Assembly (NCBI GenBank): GCA_951406725.2 | Contig: OX597815.1 | Span: forward strand, 91,512,001 to 91,576,000 | Direction: 5' to 3' | Source of the DNA: Octopus vulgaris | Lineage: Eukaryota | Length of the DNA: 64,000 nt | Shown: one piece after another, positions 12,828 through 25,621 of the stretch | Numbering within the stretch: the stretch's first letter is position 1 | Layout: every line of letters begins with the position of its first letter | The notes under the pieces: model-generated | What the model was told of the DNA's origin: nothing | Seen by the model: the letters and a program-made list of their open reading frames with translations, nothing else | The model's database searches: none | Translations under genes and position numbers: made by a program

Positions 12828-13131
12828 TCATCATTATCATTTAAAATCTGGTTTCCATGCTGGCATGGGTTCAACAGTTTGACTCTGGACTGGCAAGCCA
12901 GGAGGCCATACTAGGCTCCTAGCTGATCTAGCAATGTTTCTCCAGCTGGATGCCCTTCCTAATGCCAAACACTCCAAGAGTGTAATGGGTGCCACTGCCA
13001 TGGGAGCCAGTCAGGCGGCACTGGCATCGGCCACAACTACAATTTCCATTTGATTCTGGTATGATTTGATTTTGATTTGCTTGGCTTAATAGGTCTCCTC
13101 AAACACAGCATATCGCCCGACGATCCAAAAG
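12828..13131 (-). mobile_element. RTE-type LINE 3' end with (GAT)n tail
   Basis: ttccatgctggcatgggtt, ggatgcccttcctaatgcc; homologous to 24890-25585. Confidence 0.8.
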
Positions 13132-13194
13132 TATATATATGTGTGTTTGTGTGTGTATGTATACATATATGTGTGTATACATATATATACACAC

Positions 13195-13256
<62 letters not shown>

Positions 13257-13283
13257 ATATATATATATATACATATATATATA

Positions 13284-13318
<35 letters not shown>

Positions 13319-13357
13319 GTGTATATATATATATATATTCATATATATATGTGTATA
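13132..13357. repeat. (TA)n/(TG)n microsatellite
   Basis: Directly visible. Confidence 0.95.
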
Positions 13358-13649
13358 TCTTTAGAGATTGAAGTTGTGTGTGTGAAACTCTGTCTCCTCC
13401 GATTTAGATTCTTAACTACTCCCACATTTTGCGGTGCAGTTTAAACAAAAGTGGGTATCTTATAGTCGTCATTCATATCGAGCCGTTCTGGGTATTAGCG
13501 CGCGTCTACAATGAGTCTATGATTTAAAAAAAAATTTACCATCATTTTTAATGATTTTTGCTCGGGTTATATAAGGGAAGTAACTCTCTAAAAATGCTTA
13601 TATAGTTATTTCCCTTACAAACCCGAGCAACGCCGGGCAATACTGCTAG
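13358..13649 (+). mobile_element. Non-autonomous Helitron
   Basis: Starts TC, ends with hairpin cccg-agcaacgc-cggg then CTAG, lies between A and T with no TSD; second copy at 14381. Confidence 0.85.
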
Positions 13650-13775
13650 TATATATGTGTGTGTGTATATATATATATATAGATATAGATAGATTAATAT
13701 ATATATACACCATAGTAAGCACATAAATGTGAAACAAGGTGGAAAAAAGAGTACTCAATACCAGAGGGAGAGTAA

Positions 13776-13940
13776 TATGCTTTATTTAAAAGCAGCAGAA
13801 ATATAACAAAAGCTGTTACTCAGAGTATCACGTTCCTGTTCGTCGGACAGTTTTGTTAAAAAAAAACGTCCAACGAACGGGAGCATGAATCTCTGAGTAA
13901 CAGCTTTTGTTATATTTCTGCTGCTTTTAAATAAAGTATA
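13776..13940. repeat. Fold-back inverted repeat (~73-bp arms), each arm carrying a degenerate minimal hammerhead; Penelope pLTR-like
   Basis: Arms 13776-13848 and 13868-13940 with a 46-bp perfect stretch; consensus ctgt CCGACGA acg-ggaa-cgt GAAA ctc-t-gag TA acag. Confidence 0.85.
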
Positions 13941-14192
13941 TATATATATATAAAGAGTATGAGGGCTTTAGTTCACTGATGATCTAAATGAATAGGTACG
14001 ATGAGTAAGTGCTATAAATGGTGATCTGTTAGATTCCAAATTCACAGCTGAGGCTGGAGCTAGGAATCCACATTATGCTTCTGAGTTAGCAGGTATATAT
14101 ATTATATTAGAGGAAAAAGGATAACAAAAACCAAGGCAGGACAGGTATCTTAAGTCATTTACTATATTTAATTAGGGTAAGGTGAATTTAAA

Positions 14193-14237
14193 GTCTTACA
14201 CCTGTTTCTGTACACTCATTATTCTGTCACCAGAGAC
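14193..14237 (-). ncRNA. Degenerate type I hammerhead ribozyme motif
   Basis: Minus strand gtct CTGGTGA (18 nt) GAAA c-aggt-g TA agac; stem I gtct/agac; one core substitution and poor stem II. Confidence 0.55.
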
Positions 14238-14338
14238 AAAGTATGTATGAAAGATTCAGACAGGGAAATTCACTGTTTATAAGGAATAAAATAGTAGATA
14301 GAATATATATATATATCCACTTAGGTCAAAGCATTCAT

Positions 14339-14380
<42 letters not shown>

Positions 14381-14388
<8 letters not shown>

Positions 14389-14726
14389 AAAAGTAAGGTT
14401 GTGTGTCTGTCTCCTACGATTTAGATTCCTAACTACATATCGAGCCCTTCTGGGTATTAGCGCGCGTCTACGATGAGTCTACGATTTAAAAAGAAATTTA
14501 CCATCATTTTTTTCCATTTTAATGCATTTTTTCGCTATTATATAAGTATAAGGGAAGTAACTCTCTAAAAATGTCTACGATGAGTCAACGATTTAAAAAA
14601 AAAATTTACCATCATTTTTTTCCATTTTTAATGCATTTTTTTGCTATTTTTTGGCTATAACTCTCTAAAAATGCTTATATAGTTATTTCCCTTACAAACC
14701 CGAGCAACGCCGGGCGATACTGCTAG
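14381..14726 (+). mobile_element. Non-autonomous Helitron with internal ~105-bp tandem duplication
   Basis: Same body as 13358-13649; ends acccgagcaacgccgggcgatactgCTAG|T; gtctacgatgagtc...taactctctaaaaat occurs twice. Confidence 0.88.
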
Positions 14727-14954
14727 TATATATATAAATAAATGAAGGCTTTGACCTAAGTAAAATCTTTTGTTACGTGTTTTAGCAGGGAAATATTCAG
14801 TTAAAGTGAAAGCATTGTGTTATACTGGGTAAAAAAGGAAACTAATATTCAGGTCTGTTCCTATTATTGAATTATATTTTTACTAGGTAAAAAGAAAAAT
14901 TGATATTCAATTCTTTTTTAGTAAGTCATCATTATATGCATATGTTTGTGAAGA

Positions 14955-15065
14955 TATATATACACACACACACACATATGTACACACCACACATACGTAC
15001 ACACACATATATATATACACACACACACACACACATATGTACACACCACACATACGTACACACAC

Positions 15066-15098
<33 letters not shown>

Positions 15099-15110
15099 TA
15101 CATACGTGCA
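14955..15110. repeat. Higher-order microsatellite repeat (~58-bp unit)
   Basis: catatgtacacaccacacatacgtacacacacatata occurs twice. Confidence 0.85.
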
Positions 15111-16102
15111 TACATTGTCAGTGAAATAAGAGAGTAAGTTGTTGCCTGTGTTTTGTTACTTTATCCATGCCACTCTTTGATTTTGTTTGACAAGCCTAAA
15201 AGATAGCTTTCACAAACTTGTCAAGTAAAATTAGCTTCAAAATATCTCCAAATGAAACGCTGTAGAAAGTAGTTCCAACTGTTTTGTATGCTGTTCTAAG
15301 GTCTTTGAAAATATGACAAATATTAAAAATATGTGCACAGTTGGGTGTATATTCTCGCTAATATTTCCACAGCATACTCCAAGCTATCTTGTCCTAAAAT
15401 TAATTCACCAACCTGTATATTGAACATGCTAGGAATAGTACCCAAATCTCTGAAATTCCACCACATCCCACCAACTTAAAAATAAGACCGATACATTATA
15501 TAATTTAATCTTAAATGCATCATGTTTGTAAAAGATGGAATGATCATGGTTGCAACACCTTTTGTCATAGGTTTACTTTGTTTACTGTTACATAATATTT
15601 GCTTTTTCAACTGTTTCAACAGTTAAACAAACAGTTAAACAAACATAAAATTGGCCATCAAAAGTGTCATGGTCACAGAACAGAATACAATGCAGTGACA
15701 ATACTGCAATTGACTTTTTGGTTAGTTTCTCTACACACTCACCACTTAGCCATTTTTACTTTCTTTATGAAAAGACTGATATATGAAATCATGTCATATA
15801 ACTAAAAAAATGGTGTGTGGATGAATTGGGAATAAGTTAACATGTATGTTTAAGAAACATAAAACATGTAGCATTGTTGTCATAGACTCTGTGGTTAAGT
15901 GACAGAGCACCCACTGCAGGATGAAGCTGAAAAAACTCTCAGCATTGTTTTAGTTATTAATAGCTAATGTACACTCACAGAAAATATATACAAAAGAGTA
16001 AAACTGGTACCTGTTATGTGTTGCATTCTTTGTAAGTAATCTGTAAGCTGCTTGCTCTCATTGTTGCTCTCACAAACATGGTTATTGCTATATCTTAATG
16101 AA

Positions 16103-16322
16103 TGGCAGACACATTAGTGCGCCAGGCGAAATGCTTAGTGGTATTTCATCTGTCGTTACGTTCTGAGTTCAAATTCCGCCGAGGTTGACTTTGCCTTTCA
16201 TCCTTTCGCGGTCGATAAATAAAGTATCAGTTTCACACTGAGGTCGATGCAATCGACTTAATCCCTTTGTCTGTCCTTGTTTGTCCCCTCCATGTTTAGT
16301 CCCTTTGTGGGCAGTAAAGAAA
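16103..16322 (+). mobile_element. Meta-like tRNA SINE with 14-bp TSD
   Basis: tatatcttaatgaa at 16089-16102 and 16323-16336; B box gagttcaaattcc. Confidence 0.92.
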
Positions 16323-16439
16323 TATATCTTAATGAAATAGCAATAACCAGTCAAAACTAGTTGTTTTTTTAGTTTGTTTTGCATAGAAATCCCAATACTT
16401 TAACCACATGGTCTCTTTATACAATGACACTACATATAT

Positions 16440-16600
16440 ACATCATTGCTTTCCATGGTTTGAATGGATCCAACAGGCTGGAGGACTGTATCATGCTCCA
16501 ATATCTGCTTTAAGATAGTGTCTACAGCTGAATGCTCTTCCTAACATCAGTCACTGTACAGAATGTACTTGATGCTTTTTTTTTTTTGTGGCACCAGTAC
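16440..16600 (-). mobile_element. Degenerate RTE-family 3' tail
   Basis: gctttccatgg...tctacagctgaatgctcttcctaacatc. Confidence 0.6.
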
Positions 16601-18157
16601 TACTGTAGTTGCAAAACTAAAATCCCTTATACCTGAGTGGAACTACAGTAGAGAGAGACGCAGCTTTATGCTGGGGTATGAGAGGTTAAAACATGGAAGA
16701 AGTGGCTGGGACAGCTTTCCTGCAGTAGAGGAGATATCTGAACTTATTCACAATTTAAAGTTTAAGATAGTCTTTTCTTTCTTGTTAACCAAAGACAGTG
16801 AAAGTATCTCTGAAGAGAATTATCTCTCAGCAGTCATGGGAAAGACAGCTGTTAGAATATTAATGAGGAACAGTCGTCATTGCGAGACATATATGGAGTA
16901 ATGGTTAGATTTTTCTGTTAGCAATTATGGAATGGGGTAGGGTCACACTTCTGCTTTGATGATTAATAACATAACTCATCGTCTAGCAACTCCACCCATT
17001 ATTTTCTCTCTCTCTCTTGCTCTTTGTCACCCCTTTCTCTCCCCGTCTCTCTCTATTACTTTCTTCCTCTCTCTTTCTCTCTCTCATACATACACGCATA
17101 CAAACACACACATAGTATTTCTGTCTGTCCATAAATCTGTGATTTTATGGCTACATAAGAATTCATATATCATGTCATCATTATTATCATTAAACACTGA
17201 AAAAGATGATATATGATTTATTAGAAAGACATTTAGCCTCAGATTTGTAGATGAGTTGGAATGGCAGTTGTGATGTTCATGCCTTTTCCATAGACACCAC
17301 CCATAGATCACTCTTAATTCAACAAACTTCAATCTGCTAAACTTTTAGAGAATTGTACCTGATCATCTGAGAAATCTAAAAGAAAGCTAATAATGAAATA
17401 AAGAAAATTTTATTCAATGTGTTGGTCAAAAAGTCTCTGATTGTGAATACGTCTCTAGGAAATAAACTGCAATAAGAAAACATCTCAATAGAAATATTTT
17501 CTGTCTGCAGCCTTAATGGAAACTAACCTTTTTAATTTGTCTGAGAAGTTTTGGCTAGAATCGTATCCATTATTGGATCTTCATTGATACACATATATAG
17601 TAGTAATGATATAAACTTTGTCACATTTATGCAGTAAAGTCTATATTATTAGCAATCACAGAATATCTATATGTGAACATGTTGTCTATGACAAGATGCC
17701 TTAAGAGAAAAAAAATCAGTCGTGATCAAAGCTGCAGAGTGAAATGTCAGCAACCTAAGAATTAAAGAGGTGATCATCATCAAACGATTTCAACCAAAGT
17801 TTAACAACCTCTTTAAGTTGCTTCACTTTCATTGGTTAATTCAAATTTAGTGTTTACAACTCACCAATGTATATCATAATAGCTATCTTTAGTATTGTTA
17901 GTTTCTTTTTATTACACTTCCTTTCCCTGTGAAATTATATTCAAAATCAGGGTATTTTGTAACCAAAATATCGAATGAGATTTCATTACTTTGCCAGCAT
18001 TGTTTTTGGTTTTTGCATTATAATATACTTCCTTACATTTATTTAATATTGCTTCAAGCAAATTACCATATATATTTGTGGCTGTAGTTGTTGTTTTGTT
18101 TGTTCCAATCCTATTATCTTGGGAGAAGTCAGGTTATTAATTTTGAGTATGTGTTGC

Positions 18158-18200
<43 letters not shown>

Positions 18201-18249
18201 CACCAATAGCAATAATAACAACAACATTATGTAATAATGGTATTATATA

Positions 18250-18890
18250 ATAATAATTGCAGCATAAGATCAAAGCCCTTCTACCAGAAACTACCAAAAG
18301 CATGTAATGAAGCAGAATACATTAAGTAACTGCAGAATATGTGGAGGTTGGGAATAAACAATTAACCACATTTTCTCTGGCTACCCAGTTTTAACTAAGA
18401 AAGAATACATTTACAGGTATGATAGAGTCGTGGCTTTCATACAGTGGAAATTACATAACATCAGTATCATGAAATACCAACAAAGAAAGCCTGAATATGG
18501 TGACTCAACCAAATCTCTTTCAAATCACACAGTGCCAAATTAGAGAAGGTCACTTTGGGAAAAGTGGTTCAAGATTATGTGTACATAGAAAAAATATTGG
18601 ATAGTTGTGGCTGCTCCATCAGGTATAACATGGGGCTGAACATCAACCAAGAGAGAAAATGGTGGTTAAAAGATACACCAGAAAAGGTCTCAGAGAATGA
18701 TAAAGTGACCAGACAGGCACTGCAACATGCCAGTACACATAGACAGGAAACCTAAAGCTAATAAATTGGCTGTTGTCAAGGACCACCAGGAAGAAATGTG
18801 CTTCTTAATCAAGCTGTCAGTCCCATCAGACAAAGCTTTGCTAAAAGAAATACACAAATTACTCAAATGTAAAGATCTAGAAATAAATAA
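18250..18890 (+). pseudogene. RLE non-LTR retrotransposon (R4/Dong-like) zinc knuckle + endonuclease relic, interrupted
   Basis: IIAA*DQSPSTRNYQKH..CRICGGWE*TINHIFSGYPVLTKKEYIYRYDRVVAFIQWKL // KWWLKDTPEKVSENDKVT..DRKPKANK..VVKD..CFLIKLSVPSD..KE..K..KCKDLEI; a dispersed repeat sits at about 18470-18640. Confidence 0.8.
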
Positions 18891-18899
18891 CAAATAGAC

Positions 18900-18934
<35 letters not shown>

Positions 18935-19359
18935 TAGAAAGTATGTATACATATCTAAAAGAGTGTGTTACGTTGATGCAAAATTATATTGAGAAAGGTG
19001 CTGTCCAAGTTAAACTTCAGTGTCCTAACAGGTTAAACAAGCTGTTAGCAGCCTTGATATCTTCTGACCCACTGTGAACTATTATCAAAAGCATGATGAT
19101 GTTATTGGTGGTATTACTTTCCTTTCTGGTTGCCTACACTGCAAGATCATTCTTAATTTATCATTCTTAATTATGTTCTGAAACATTCCTAATTTACAAC
19201 CTAGGTACAGATTACTAGAGACAGTTGTGTTTCTGTGTGCAATATGTAACGATTGTATGATTTTGTGTGTGTACACGTTTTTGAGTCTGCATGGCTATAA
19301 TTATATATCGATGTAATACCTGCTTAACTCTATGAGTACATGTTGACATATCTTTTAGC

Positions 19360-19622
19360 TTTATCTTGTACTTATTTCAGTCATTAGACTGTGACCATGT
19401 TGGAGCACTGCCTTGAAGAATTTTTAGTCAAATGAATCAATTCCAGTCTTTTTTGTTTCAAGCCTGGTTACTTATTCCATCAAATTACAGGAATGTAAGT
19501 ACACCAGTACCAGTTGTCAAGTGATGGTGGAGAATAAACACAGATGCAAAGACACACACACACACACACACTCTCATACACATACATATGTATATAAACA
19601 CACACTTGTATGTATGTGTGTG

Positions 19623-19685
<63 letters not shown>

Positions 19686-19850
19686 GCATATACATATATA
19701 CAACAGGCTTCGTTCTGTTTCTGTCTACCAAATCCACTCACGAGGCTTTGGTTAGCCTGAAGCTATAGTGGAAAACACTTGCTCAAGGGACTGAACCCAG
19801 AACCATGTGGTTGAGAAGCAAGCATCTTAGCACACCGCAATGCCTGTGCC
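19360..19850 (-). mobile_element. CORE-like tRNA SINE with expanded internal microsatellite
   Basis: gggactgaacccagaaccatgtggttg, ccaaatccactcac, catgttggagcactgcc. Confidence 0.85.
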
Positions 19851-20754
19851 TATATTTGTTTTTTTATTAATACATGTATGTATGTTTGTACACATGTATG
19901 TCTATAGGTCTGTCTACTGTATATCTATGTCTTTATCTTGTATATATTTAGACATGTCTGTCAGTCTATTCAACTAGTGCCTACAAAATAAATTATTACT
20001 GTTGTTAATGTAGTATGGAAATCTCTAACAATACTCTACTGATGACGCCACAAATACAGCAGTACTGTCTGCAACTATTTTGAATACCTAAGGATTCAAA
20101 ACAAGCATAATGTTATCAATTTACTGGATGTTATTTCTTGTTTTTTGCTTTGGGGTGTGCACACATAATAATCACACATAATAATCCTTTTCCTATTGTC
20201 TTCTACTTCTTGGCATCCATTTCTCTGCTAATTTTGAATTTTCAATTACTTCTCAAAGACATTTTAGAAAAATTTCCTATATGTTTATTTAAATGTCATT
20301 TTTGTTTAATCATTTCTGTCTGTCTATTTTTTTCCCTTCTTCAAAAATGTCCTTATTGACAAATTGTAGTTTAAAGACTTGAGGGATAAAAGTCATACAC
20401 CTGGATGACTCCAGCTTGCAGTGTAAGAATTGATACACTAACTGTAATTATTAGTATGAAACACTTAAACCAAAAAAACAAAAAAAAAAGTAACATATTA
20501 GATTTCTTTAAGGAGGTTTACTTTATATTTAGGAGCAGAATTGTTCAGCAGAAAATAATTCTTCAATGAATGACTCTGGTACAGGAAACATTACATATTT
20601 CTTCTCTTTATGACATCTTGCAGCCCCTACTGATCATTTTCTCTTTCCTCCAAATTTCCTGTACTAGATGTGAGAAACCATGCAGATCCCTCTTCATGAA
20701 CCTGCTCGGCCCTCACCTCCCCCAGGGCTTGTCTTGCAAACTGCAGGACAACCT

Positions 20755-20910
20755 CAATAGTGTAGGTGGCACATAAAAAGCATCCAGTCGATGCTGTAAA
20801 GTGGTTGGCATTAGGAAGGGCATCCAGCCATAAAAACCATGACACTGGAGCTCAATACAATCCTTAGACACATTGGATCCTATCAAACCATGACATCACT
20901 GAACAGAAAA
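20755..20910 (+). mobile_element. RTE-family 3' tail fragment
   Basis: ggtggcacataaaaagca...gtggttggcattaggaagggcatccagc. Confidence 0.7.
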
Positions 20911-21014
20911 TACAAAAGAATTAATATAGAATATATATATATATATGGAAAAGAAGAAAATGGAGATTTTGAAGTTAATAAGAGTTTATTAAAAGCAACA
21001 AATCGATCATTATT

Positions 21015-21110
21015 CCTTACAGCTGTTTCAGTTATACGCAGTGAAATAAATCTAATATTAAATTCATATTTCTGAGCATAATCTCTGGATGACACCATCT
21101 CTTCATGAGG
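21015..21110 (-). ncRNA. Degenerate hammerhead-like motif with long stem II loop
   Basis: Minus strand cct C[--]ATGA ag...ct GAAA c-agct-g TA agg; stem I cct/agg requires a 2-nt core deletion. Confidence 0.4.
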
Positions 21111-21395
21111 CTAACATAATCTCTTACTGAATTCTATATATAATATATATATATATATATTTTTCAAACAACGAAAAAACAGAGTACAAGACATACAACA
21201 CAAGGAATATTCCCCTTCTTCAGTTGCCCCTGTTTCAGCAAAAAAAGTCCATTTCCATGTTTTTGTTTTTATGTTTTCGTTTCTCATTGTGTTCAACGTT
21301 TTCTTTTGGGTGTCCTGTACCCATGTATGCATGTATATATACATATAGATATAGGTATGTACATATATGTATGTATATATGCATGTTTTATATAT

Positions 21396-21439
<44 letters not shown>

Positions 21440-21660
21440 TATATTAATTCTTTTTTTCTGTTTGTCAAAACCCATCGGTATTAGTTTTATTAAATTCTAA
21501 TGATTATTTATTTTTTATAGTAATTTTCATATAGCTGTTCTCCTTTAAACAAATTTTAGAAAAGTATGTAATTATCCAATAATTCTAACTCTTGTTTATT
21601 AAATACATAAAGCCTGGATATGCAGCATTTGTGTACTTTATACTCTCTCTCTCTCTCTCT

Positions 21661-21696
<36 letters not shown>

Positions 21697-21700
<4 letters not shown>

Positions 21701-21880
21701 TTTTACTTGTCTCAGTCATTTGACTGCAGCCATGCTGGAGCACTGCTTTAGTCAAACAAATCAACCCCAGGACTTATTCTTTGTAAGCCTGGTACCTATT
21801 CCATCGGTCTCTTTTGCCAAACCACTAAGTTACGGGGACATAAACACACCAACATTGGGACAAACACAGACACACACAAA
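21697..21880 (-). mobile_element. CORE-like SINE 3' part
   Basis: tcttttacttgtctcagtcatttgactgcagccatgctggagcactg...ccccaggacttattctttgtaagcc. Confidence 0.85.
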
Positions 21881-23758
21881 TATATATTTATATATATATA
21901 TTTATATATATATATATTTATGTGTACATGTGTGTGTGTGTTTGCACAGTGCTTTGATTTCCATCATTAACAAAATTTGATGGTGGGGTGATGGTGATGA
22001 TAATATTCCTTCATGCCTGTGGTTCTTAACAAATATCAGTCATTGCAGAAAACTAGTTAACAACTCCTTAGTTACAGCTCTTTGGTATCAAGGAACTTTC
22101 ATCAAAATCTGACAGCATTTGAAAAGAGACAGATTATTATTTCATTTGAATCATTATTCTCTTTTTTATGAGACATCATTCCTTTATTCAGTACCTATTT
22201 ATTTATTTGTCTTCATTACCACCTCTCACTGTTTACATCCCTTACAGATTATTACATTAAGTCTGTTCAATTTTACTACCAGTGTGTTAAAGAAAGGAGG
22301 AGAGAGAGAGAGAAAGAGAAAGAAAGCTATAGGTTGAAGCTTTTAAACATTGAAAATATATTGATCTATTAATACAAGCAGGATTTATGCCACTTTTATC
22401 CTCATACAGCAGGTGTTTCAACTGTTGTTCTGTGTATATGTCTGCTTGCTTTTAACACACTCCATGAAAGCCATTCTAACTCCTCCAGTTATTTTAGATT
22501 CCTTCTGTGTCTGCATATGAACTCTTCAACTTTTATACTCTCTATTGCAGAAGTACATTCAATTTTAGTTGTAGTGGAAATGGTAGAGTTGGTAGAACAC
22601 TAAGCTTCATGTTTTGCTGTAGCTCTTTTGGCACATGGCCGTTCATTTTTCAGATCCAACTAGTGCTGAAAGTGCCATTACATTTCAGTAAAATATGTAA
22701 CATTTGTATAGTGCTTTATACTGAGGTTTATTTAATATTCTATACTTTAACTTAGACCAAACTCTTGTCTGTGATCTGCAAAAACAAATTAAATTTTGAT
22801 TGCTCTCAGTATATATAAATAAAATATCAATTTAAATACATTTAATATAATAAATAAAATTAATTAAATAGGAATTAATATAGAACACTCTGAATTCACA
22901 CCAGATAACACAGCAACATATCTTATCAGTACTCTTTGATGTACATTTAACTTTTGCATGAGTAGAAAAGTATTTGAAGGCTGAAATTTAGTGCATTTAA
23001 AGAAATTGTAAAATAATAAGGCATGTTTATCTAAATGGTTGCATGTGCACATAATAATGAAAAGGATTGGTATGTATTTCTTTATCCCATGTCCTTGCAC
23101 AATAAACAGTTACTTTGTAAGCAAATAGCTCTATTGAAAGGTCATCATCCCTGTCGTTGCTATTGTTTTAGCCCTTGTTCAATCCAGAGCAAGAAGACCA
23201 CTCCTTTTTTTTTTTTTTTTGTATAAAAGACTACCTTGTCCAATATGTTTTGAACTTTTTTAAGATGGTTGTGTGAGATTTTGTCTAGCAAGTTGTTTTG
23301 TCTAGCAATTCCTGATGAGCATTTAGAGGCCCTATCATTGACTTAAAGTCAGCAGAAGTCAAAGTTGTTCAGTTCTCAAATACTTTGCTTTTGTAGTCTA
23401 TTTAAACTGGGAATTCACTACATATCTTACATACAGGCTCTAATTGTTGTAAGATTTGGGCTCAATACAGCAAAACGGAACACTCTTCAGTTTATACACT
23501 TTTGTCTTTTTCATGTACATCACTAACTGCAAAGTGATAAAATCGATCCCTTGACTGGCAGACTACCATAAAGTCAAGTACCAAGTGCACAAGTTTTTTG
23601 TATAGTATTCTCCATTAATTCAAACAAACAAAAAAATCTGTTTATGTTCAACAGTAATGTATTGATATTATCAAACTATTAAAACTAAAACAGATTTCAA
23701 CATTTCAAACTATTCATTGCCCAGATAACAATTTGCAAGATAATTCTTAGCTTTTATA

Positions 23759-23804
<46 letters not shown>

Positions 23805-24349
23805 ATTTTATTATAAATACAAATTGCTTTCAAGTTTAGCCACTAGAGAATATAAATGTTTATATAGCTAACATAATACAAGCAGAATATGTTTTGAATC
23901 AAAATCATTTGTAGACTCTATTTCTTTTCCTCCTTCTTACAGTGGTCATGGTGATGTTGATGATGTAGATAAAAAGTATTATGTCTAAATCCATTATGTA
24001 TTTTAAGAGAAAAAAAAACCTGCTTTGTCAATGGTAGTTTTCAACTGACCAAATTTCTCTAGAGTGGGGTGTCAGAATGTGACAAAATATAAAAAGTGCA
24101 GAAATCTTTTGAACTAAATAAATGTTATTTTAAATAAATAAAAAAAAAGACTTGGACATTTTCCAAATGTCTGCAGTCTGTAAATGGGGGAGGAGAGATT
24201 CCATTATGTTTACTATTAAATTTATTTTCAATTGCTGGGAGGGAAAATAAATCAGTGTAGTTGTGTAGAATTCTTTAGTGTAGAACATAGAACAGGACCA
24301 TACTTAGAGCTAAAAGAATATTAATTGAACAAAGTGTAGGAGAGTTAAG

Positions 24350-24545
24350 TGCTTGTTGTTGCTTTATTCAAAATCTGCCCTAATTGGACAGACCTATTAT
24401 CAAAGCTGTTCCAGCTTTGACCATCTCATATTTTTCCCAACTGTAATCTATTTGAACTACACAGTCTATTGTGTCCTTTCTTTTTATGACAGTAAGTTGT
24501 GATTTCAGAAAAATTTGTCTGCTTTTTTTCTGGTAGGTAGAGCAT
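24350..24545 (-). repeat. Copy of the (CAA)-tailed dispersed repeat
   Basis: gacctattatcaaagctgttccagctttgaccatc...gtgatttcaga. Confidence 0.6.
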
Positions 24546-24889
24546 CTATGATGGTGCTACCTTCTTGTTCAAAAGTTCTTAACCTAGGTGGTAATGCCCT
24601 CTTAGCGGGTTGGTGTTGTATATTCACACAGGAGCAGCAAATGTCAAAAAGATACTATGCAGAATGCTGAGTTTTTACAAAGCTCGTGATTTTTCTTTGA
24701 ATTGAAATATTTAACAAGATGCAAAGCTCATTTTCAAAACAATTTTTATTGTGATTAGAATACATGAGTAGAACATTGTGTTATAAGCAATCAAAAACAT
24801 GGCTGATGATACACTATAGTCCATTATCGCCTCACCTTCTTTAATTTCCATAAAAATTTAACATGGGAGTATAAGTGAAAATATTTAAT

Positions 24890-25585
24890 AACAGGAAGAC
24901 TTGGGAAGAGATGGTGAAGCATGACCTTCGAAAATTGGGCCTCACTGAGGCAATGACTAGTGACTGAAATCTTTGGAAATATGCTGTGCTTGAGAAGACT
25001 CAGCAAGCCAAGCGAGACCATAACCCGTGGCCTATAACAGGGGTGTAACCAGCCCATTTATGCATACCTTTCCTTCATTGGACATTAAACTCTCCTTGCA
25101 AAGACCTGTTGAGGCAAGTGAAATCGAAATCAAATTTGATGACTGGCATCCATGCTAGTGGAGCACTAAGGGCACCATCCGAGTGTGATCATTGCCAGAG
25201 CAGCTGACTGGCTTCCGTGCCTGTGCCACGTAAAAAGCACCATTCGAGCATGAATGTTATCAGCATCGCTTTACTGGCATGTTAAAAGAATATTCAAGCA
25301 AGGTCGTTGCCAGTGCTGCTGAACTGGCTCCTGTGCAGGTGGCAAGTAAAAAACTCCATTTGAGCATGGCCATTGCCAGTACCGCCTGACTGGCCCTCGT
25401 GCCAGTGTCACGTAAAAGCATCCACTACACTCTCGGAGTGGTTGACATTAGGAAGGGCATTCAGCTGTAGAAACTCTGCCAGATCAGATTGGAGCCTGGT
25501 GCAGCCATCTGGTTCGCCAGTCCTCAGTCAAATCATCCAACCCATGCCAGCATGGAAAATGGATATTAAACGATGATGATGAGGA
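24890..25585 (+). mobile_element. RTE-type LINE 3' end: ORF C-terminus plus long 3' UTR with internal repeats and (GAT)n tail
   Basis: RKTWEEMVKHDLRKLGLTEAMTSD*NLWKYAVLEKT; repeated cacgtaaaaagca motif; ends catgccagcatggaaaatggatattaaacgatgatgat. Confidence 0.85.
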
Positions 25586-25621
25586 AGAGGAGGATTATAC
25601 TGGTTGAAATAGTAAAAGAAA

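Noticed and set aside
22625-22682. miR-96/263-like seed (aatggcac) with partial hairpin
   Set aside because: Pairing needs a very large bulge; similarity is limited to the seed.
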